This document shows positions 55,901-64,000 of a stretch of DNA of 64,000 nt, in pieces. The stretch lies in the NCBI RefSeq assembly GCF_009914755.1, contig NC_060931.1; one strand, written 5' to 3'. Numbering within the stretch: position 1 is the first letter of the stretch; each line of letters begins with the position of its first letter. Both the position numbers and the translations under genes were made by a program. The DNA comes from the human T2T-CHM13v2.0 reference genome, Homo sapiens. The notes beneath the pieces are model-generated. The model was given only the letters and a program-made list of their open reading frames with translations. It was not told the origin of the DNA and did not search any database.

Positions 55901-57994
55901 AGCATTCAAGCTGAGAATTAAATCAAGAATGCAATTTCATTTACAATAGCCACAAAAAATTAAAAGGCCTAGGAAAATGTCTAACCAAGGAGGTTAAAGA
56001 TCTCTGCAAGGAGTACTACAAAACATTGCTGAAAGAAATCATAGATGACACAAACAAATGGAAAAACATTTCGTGCTTTTGGATTGGAAGAATCAATATT
56101 GTTAAAATGGCCATGCTGCCCAATGCAATCTATTGATGCAGTGCTATTCCTATCAAACTGCCAATGTTGTTTTTCACAGAATTAGAAAAACATATTCTAA
56201 CATTCATATGGAATCAAAGAAGAGCTTGAATATCCAAAGCATTCCTAAGGGAAAAGAACCAAGACAGAGGCGTCACACTACCTGAATTCAAACTATATTA
56301 TAAGGCTACAGTAACTGAAACAGCATGATACTAGTACAAAAATAGACACATAGACCAAAGGAACAGAATAGAGAACCCAGAAATAAAGCCACACACCTAC
56401 AGCCACCTGATCTTTGACAAAGTTAACAAAAATAAGTGATGGGGAAAGGACTCCCTATTTAATAAATGTTTCTTGTATAGATGGCTGTCCATATGCAGGA
56501 GAATGAAAGTGGATCCCTCCCTTTCACCATATATAAAAATTAACTCAAGATGGATTGAAGATTTAAACGTAAGACCTCGAAACTCTAAGAATCCTAGAAG
56601 AAAATTTAGGAAACATCGTCCGAGCATCGGCCTTTGGAAACGATTTATGACTAAGTTCACAAAAGCAATTGCAACAAAAGCCAAAATTGATAAGTGGGAC
56701 CTAATTGAAGAGTTTCTGCACAGCAAAATAAACTATCAACAGAGTAAACAGAATGGGAGAAAATATTCAGAAACTGTGTATCTGACAAAGATCTGATATC
56801 TAGAATCTCTGAGGAACTTACACAATTTAACGAGCAATAACCAAATAACTCCATAAAAAGTGAGCAAAATACATGAACAGAAACAGACACTTCTCAAAAG
56901 AAGACATTCAAGCGGCCAACAAACATGAAGAAATGCTCCACTCACTAATCATCAGAAAAATACAAATCAAAACCGTAATGAGATACCATCTCAAATCAGT
57001 TAGAATGGCTATTATTAAAAGTCAAAAACAGGTGCTGGGAAGGCTGTGTAGAAAAGGGAACGCTTATACACTGCTGGTGAGAATGTAAATTAGTTCAGCC
57101 ACTGTGGAAATCAGTTTGGAGATTTCTCAAAGAACTTAAAACAGGAACTGTCATTCATCCCAGCAGTCTCATTACTGGGTATATATCCAAAAGAAACGAA
57201 ATTGTTCTACCAAAAAGACACATGCAGTTTTATGTTAATTACAGCACTATTCACGATAGCAAAGCTGTGGAGTCAACCTACATGCCCATCAGTAGTGAAT
57301 TGGATTAAAAAAATGTGGTACATATACACCACAGAATATTGCACAGCCATTAAAAAGAATGAAATCGTGTTCTTTGCAGCATCATGGATGCAGCTGGAGG
57401 CCATTATCCTAAGTGAATTAACACAGGAACAGAAAACCAAATATTGCATGTTTTCACTTGTAAGTGGGAGCTAAGCATTGGGTACACTTGGACATAAGTT
57501 GGGAACAATAGACACTGGAGACTGCTGAGTGGGGTTGCTAAGGAAGGGGGAAAAGGGTTGAAAAACCTTTGGGTACTATACTTACTACCTGCATGACAGG
57601 ATCATTCATATCCCATACCTCAGAATCATGCAATATACTAATATGATAAACCTGTACATGTAGCCCTGTAATCTAAAATGAAAGTTGAAATTACTTAAAA
57701 AGTATTTTTTTAAGAAAATTTGAATGAATAGTCAGCATGATAAGGGATAAAAAACAAAATCCAGAGGACTGTTAATAACCATATTGCTTGAGAATTTTGG
57801 AATGTCAAAGTAATGGTCTAAATGATTGAGTTAATTTTAATAGGGGTTGTGCCCCATATTTTAATTTTCTTTCCTAAAGAAAAATAGCAGTACTTTACCA
57901 TATAAAAATTACTTGTACTAAATTTAGTGTCAATAACATGATAACTACCCTTTATTAAGCAATTATTTTGTGTACAATATAGTACATCCCTTTG

Positions 57995-58190
57995 TCTCAT
58001 TTACTCCTCACAATGCCATATGAGGTGGGTCCCATTATTGTCATCTTCATTTAACAGTCAGGAATCTTAGGGCTTAGAGAGGTTTAGCATCTTGCCTATG
58101 TTCACACAGGTAGTTAGTGGCAAAGTTTGTTTAGCTCATTCCCATCTGGTGGCTTGAAGCTATCATTTTCCTAATCAGTACACCATTACT
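57995..58190 (-). mobile_element. MIR
   Basis: 'tcatttactcctcacaa..atgaggtggg..gcttagagaggtttag..cttgcctatgttcacacag'. Confidence 0.75.
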
Positions 58191-59020
58191 GCTTCCATAG
58201 TGCAAGACCTTGGAAAGATGTGATCCTCTCTGAATATTCCAAATAGTTCTCACATATACTCTGACTTGTTTTAATTATGACTCAAATAGAAGCAAACACT
58301 ATGTCTTTATAAGAAAACGAACCACTTGGAAGTTCCTACCCATTGAAGATGTGCTCAGCTGATCTCCAGATGTGTTAATAACTCTATTAAATTTTTATCT
58401 TGAAGATTTATTTCAAAATCTTGGAGACAGTTGAAGAATTTTTCATTTATTATGCCTGAATAAAAGAAAGGCTTTAAAAGTACCTATAATCTTTGAGAAA
58501 GATTGTTCTGGACGGTTAATAGTTTTCACTCTAGTAGGTATTAATTTATCTTGTTAGCATTTCTTGAGCAGTTTCAAGCCTCCTGGTCACATGTAGTACT
58601 TCCTTTCCTCCAGGTGGAGAGGAAAGCCATTGCCTAGTTACCTGCTTTAAGAGATGACAGGCTCCCTGGCTTTGCTTGCTTTAAGGTGGCTAAGTCAGGC
58701 TGAAGAATAACAGCTACATGTCATATAGCAGGACTTGAGAGCTAAGTTTGGTGTGTCCCTATAGTGCTATATAATTTAAATAGCCAACTAATTGTTGGGA
58801 TCCCTGTTCCAATACTCCTCACCATTCTCTCATAAATGTCTGCATCCCACCTGCCATCTTTAAACATAATCTTTTGCATCCTCCCCAGAAACAGCTCTCA
58901 TTATCTTGCAGTGAAGCTGTCTGGCATTTGTAGAGATACTTGTGATTTTCAGTTTGTGAGCATTTTACACATATGTGTTGGTTTACAGGTGTCATGTTTG
59001 GATTTTACCATAAGCTTCAT

Positions 59021-59273
59021 TGTATTAGTTTGCTAGGGCTTGAAATAACAATGTCCCACAATCTGGGTGGCTTAAGCTACATGTACTTTCTCAGTTCTAG
59101 AGGCTAGAAGTCTGAAATCAAGGTGTCTGCAGGGTAGGTTCCTTCTGAGGATTGTTAGGGAGAATCTGTTCCATGCCTCTGTCCTAGCTTCTGGTGGTGT
59201 GCTGGCAATTTTGGGCATTCCTGGCTTGCAGGTGCATCACCCCTGTTGTTGCCTTCTCCACATGGCATTCTTC

Positions 59274-59310
<37 letters not shown>

Positions 59311-59497
59311 TGTGTGTGTCTGTGTCCAAGTTTTCCCTTTCTGTCAGGACATGAGTTATATTTGATTAAGGTCCACCCTAATGATCTCATTTTGATTTGA
59401 TTGCCTCCATAAATGACTCATTTCAAAAAAAAATGCATTCTGAGGTGCTTGGGGTTAGAACTTCAACATATCTTTTTGAACAGTTCAATCCATAACA
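59021..59497 (-). mobile_element. MLT1C-like MaLR solo LTR with internal (TG)n
   Basis: 'tgtattagtttgctagggc..ggctagaagtctgaaatcaaggtgtc..caatccataaca'. Confidence 0.88.
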
Positions 59498-59656
59498 CTT
59501 ACTAGTGTCAAACCTCACTAACTTGGCATTGCATTCATGACAGTGTTGTTCTTTTTCTGCCTGTAATACGTGTCATTCATCCTTTACCTATTGGTTCTTT
59601 TTAAAGTACAAACAAAGGATATTTATTTGCCCCATCAAGAGATTTGTGTAATTCTT

Positions 59657-59960
59657 TTTTTTTTTTTTGTTTGAGACAGGGTCTCACTCTGTCGCCCAGG
59701 CTGGAGTGCGGTGGTGCATGCAGTCTTGGCTCACTGCAACCTCTGCCGCTGAGGCTTAACCGATTCTCATGCCTCAGCACCCCCGAGTAGCTGGGACTAC
59801 AGGCACGTGCCACCACACCCAGCTAATTTTCATATTTTTTTGTAGAGACGGGGTTTTGCCATGTTGCCCAGACTGGTCTCGAACTCCTGAACTAAAGTGA
59901 TCCACCCACCTCGGCTTCCCAAAATGTTGGGATTACAGACATGAGCAACCATGCCCAGTG
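59657..59960 (-). mobile_element. Alu (AluJb-like)
   Basis: Poly-T plus dimer; 12-bp TSD tgtgtaattctt (59645-59656 / 59965-59976). Confidence 0.92.
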
Positions 59961-60797
59961 GGTGTGTGTAATTCTTGATTGTGGAGTAGTTGCTATTAGG
60001 CATAGTTTAGAAGCTTGAGGAGGAATAGAAAGTGTTTTTAATTATTCTTGATTCTTTTGGATCTCTTATCCATGTAGGAACACATACACTGGAGAGAAGT
60101 TAACTGAGATTCCTATACAGGTAGTCTGCTTTGTAGTGAGCTTGGCTTCTAACAAACGGCTGGTTAACCCTGTTCACATCAACATACAAAACTCACAAAT
60201 ATGCTTTTAAGAAAAAGCTTTGAACTTACCACATTCTCATATTTGAGTAGAAAGTTTTTGTTTTTTGATCAGTGTTCTCCAGATTTCTTCTCTGTCTCTC
60301 TCTCTGTCTTTGTCTTTCACTGTCTCTTTGTCTCTCTCTCTCTCTCTCTGTTTTTATGTTTAGATGGGGGGTGGCAGTTATCATTACTTCTGACTGCTGA
60401 CTGCTGATCTCTCTTCTGGTTTGGTTTTCTGATTATGTTCTCTCTTCTAAATTCCTGTAGCATTTAATATAGGATTAAAAAATTATGCATCGTATAATAC
60501 TTTGGAAAATTAAAATATATGGCATTTTAAAATGTCTTTAATTCAGCACCTTGAAATCATCTTTTTACCTCTCAGTTTACCAAGGACTTCTGTATATTCA
60601 GAGATGTGTTAATATTTTTTGAACTTATTCAACTAGTGATGAATATTCATTGTATTGTTTATAATTATGCCTTTTTTATGCTGTCGGTGAAAAAGAGGTG
60701 ACTCAGATGAGGATTCTGCCCTCGGGAAACTTAATCTTGAAGGGAGATGGTACAAATACATAAGTAATTCTATATAAATGAAGATGTATCAATACTA

Positions 60798-61172
<375 letters not shown>

Positions 61173-63626
61173 TCAAAGGGAATGAAGAGAGGATGATGTT
61201 GACTAAAGTATTTTAAATGTTTTCTCTCCAGTGGCCACTGATTGAGTTCAGAAGCCACATCTTTGTGTGCTTTTAAATCAAGCTTCCCTCATCACTATGT
61301 GTCTTTGTGGAATCCTTGGCACTGTTCCCTTTTGGGGCTTACTCCTTCCCCCCAAGCAAATATAATGAGATATTCACTCATTGGTTATCAGACTCTCCAC
61401 TAAATTTGTTGAACTTTGAGGGCCTTAAGCTAAAAGTAAACAGATTCACTTTGATTATTGTGGTAGTTTTGGTTAAGCAAAAGTGTTTTGTTTGAGTATT
61501 GAAGTGGAATTGGCTTTAAGCAATATGATCTGGGAGGATTGGTGGTTTGCTTATGCAAGGGCACCCATGAATACCTGGTTGTTGAAAATAAGAGCTACTA
61601 CCTCTCACAACCTCAAGACCCAAAGTTGAGACATAGTGGGACCCATATTCTCCTCAATGTACTTTGATCTGCTGGTAGATCACACCTGAGTCCCCCAGGT
61701 TCTGCACCCTACCTCAAGTAGTGAGTGGGTATGAGTCTTTGCTCTCCCTGGGGCAGGGTCCTCTCCTTTCTTTCCTACTGAATCTAGGGGGTATGTGAGT
61801 CTATAGCTGCTTTTGATTTTCTCAGACTTCACATGCCATTTAGAGGAAAAACAGCTTGCTCTTTGTTCTGCTTCTAGAATTGGAGTATTCAGACTAAGTT
61901 GTCCCACAGATGATCCTGATCTCTGGTCACTTTTTCTGCTTATGTTCAGTTTCTGTTGAGGTGAAGATGCCAAAGCATTACTTCTGCAGGAGCCTGCCAA
62001 AGAAAAGCCTGCCCACACTGGTTTGTGCCAGCCATAAATTGTTATCTCAGAGGTCAATGAGAACAATGAAGGAATTTGCTCACTTTATGTGACATGAGAT
62101 TTATGTGATTGAAAGTGCCAATCTTCTTTTAGCATTTCATCCTGCCAATTTGTGCAGAATAATTGAACTTGAATTAAACGACCTCATAAATTGAGAGACT
62201 ACACCAAACCAAGACTGAAATATACTAAATACAGTTCAAAGAGCTCTTCAAAACCCCAGGAGAAATAGGGGGGAAGAAATGCTATTAATTAAAACAAGCA
62301 GCAGCGCAAGAAGAAAGGCAGCAGCAGTTAACCACCTTTTCACAATATGTGAGATTAAAGATGCAGTTCTTACTGCTTGCACTAAAGGTCAACTTCATTG
62401 AAACACTATCAGGAGGAGTTTGAAGAATTCTAGAAGTCAGTAATCCCCAGATGGAAAACACTGGATTCCTGGTTCATTGAAGCTGCAATCTTAAGTGTTG
62501 ACACCTAGACTGTCATGTGGACTTCAGAGTCCTGAGAGGTTACCTGCCCACAAATGGGAGCTTTCTACAAAGAGACACTAGTCTGATTACATTTTACAAG
62601 CTCTGCTGTAGGATGCTCCCGAGGCCCATGCTGTTTCTCCTTAGGTCTGCTCTGACTTCTTTTAGACTTTGGGCCCTTGGACCAAAGCTTATTATTACAG
62701 CTCACTTCAAAGATCAAGCCTGTAACTGCACTATTTAATCAATGAAAATAACATCACAGTATAATACAATCAGTGTTAGTTTTATAATTTAATGAACAAA
62801 ATACAGCATTACAATGTATAACAGGATGAACTGAGGGAAGAAAAGCTAACAGAGTAAATGCAGTTCACAATATGGGATTTTCCGATCTGTGTTCCTTCAG
62901 ATCTGTGTATAGGTGAAAGTTTGAAAAGTAGGGTTCCTATCCTTACCTAGTCCAAGGAGGATAATAGCCCACCCACCAACATCTGCTAATTTTATTTTAT
63001 TTTTAAACCCTAAATCCTACTCAAATTGCAGATTCAGCCCTGACGTCCTTTAGAGGAAGAATGCAGACATTAGAGTCTGGTTCATTGGTACAGCTGGTTT
63101 CATTTAGCTTGCAGCAGATAAACAAACAATGCTTAATCTTTTTGATGAAAGTGACAGTGAGGATATTGTTTAAGCAAGAAGATGATTTTAATTATTAGAC
63201 TAAATTGTACTGGAATAACTTTCCTATTAGACAGTGTTTAAACGTATTGGCCTCTCTTAGCCATGTTTATTATCAGGTTCTTTGATCATTTGGACAGGAG
63301 ACGCTCAATACAATCAGTGATATTTGCTGTTGTTAAAATTGTGGTCATATGTCAGCTATGCCCATCTGGTGGAAATGGAGGCACTCTTTGGGGTTTTTTT
63401 TTTTTTTAAAGAGTTAGTGTAGAAATGTTCAATTACTGAAATAATTGAAAGTCATTATGTGAGGACTCCTAAAACCCCTCTCCCAAAGTGGTTTTTGAGG
63501 AGGACTTGGGGAAGGATATAATTGACTTCAGGTTAAAGCATACCCATGTTCCTGAGCTGCTTTATTGTTACTGTCATCCTTTTGTTTAAACCAGGATGGT
63601 AGGGAAGGAGCATTTCTAGTCTAAAC

Positions 63627-63847
63627 CAGTGGTTCTCAACTAGGGATAATTTTGTTTGCCAGGATATATTTGTTGGTGTCTGGAGACATTTTTGGCTTTC
63701 ACAACTTGAGGAGTGGTGGTGTCACTGGCATGTAGTGGGTAGAAGCCAGAGATGCTGCGGAATATCCTATGAATGAACAGGACAGTCTCCTGCAACAAAG
63801 AATTATTTGGCCCAAAATGACATTAGTGCTGAGATTGAGAAACCCTG
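63627..63847. mobile_element. MER20 hAT MITE, full length
   Basis: TIRs cagtggttctcaa / ttgagaaaccctg, 221 bp; degenerate 8-bp TSD gtctaaac / gtcttaag. Confidence 0.9.
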
Positions 63848-64000
63848 GTCTTAAGAAATGCATGGAGGCAGTGTCTGTTTAAGATAGTGCATTCCTTTTG
63901 AGGTTGTAGTAACTCTCTACTGTTTTCTGTGGGCTGAGTGGGCCAGGCAATAGGTGTGTAGTGGTGAACAAAATTGACAGGTCCCCTGTTTTTATTAAGC

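Larger units (their letters stand above)
51245..57705 (+). mobile_element. Near full-length inactive old LINE-1 (L1PB4-like 3' end), sense to CDK14
   Basis: Tandem-repeat 5' region, decayed ORF1 (~52330-53640) and ORF2 ([45 protein letters not shown]), 3' UTR 'gggtactatacttactacctg..aaacctgtacatg'. Confidence 0.9.

Overview
Hominid (human-like) genomic DNA: AT-rich, repeat-dense and lying inside the + strand CDK14 (PFTK1/PFTAIRE1) kinase gene. Three coding exons are visible. An alternative first coding exon (11825-11893, MHGYFGCNAAAEPGYSAFVGTPQ) ends in a non-canonical GC donor. A 246-nt exon (28849-29094, ICVTKMSTRN...HSSPSS) and a 95-nt exon (49759-49853, PTSPKF...[13 protein letters not shown]) follow, the latter starting the kinase domain. 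A probable non-coding/cassette exon sits at about 12099-12240. The rest is intron containing a full-length dead antisense L1PA7/8-type element, a near full-length sense L1PB-type element with a tandem-monomer 5' end, a 5'-truncated SVA with a perfect TSD, about ten Alus, and older MIR/L2/MaLR/hAT/Tigger relics. Nearly all ORFs in the supplied track are spurious or decayed repeat fragments. I found no CRISPR array, RNA gene or clearly new biological system. The best leads are RNA-processing hypotheses: N-terminal isoform switching, a circular-RNA junction ORF, a candidate 19-nt microexon, and inverted L1/Alu pairs around the exons. Repeat subfamily names and old-repeat boundaries were assigned by eye and are approximate.
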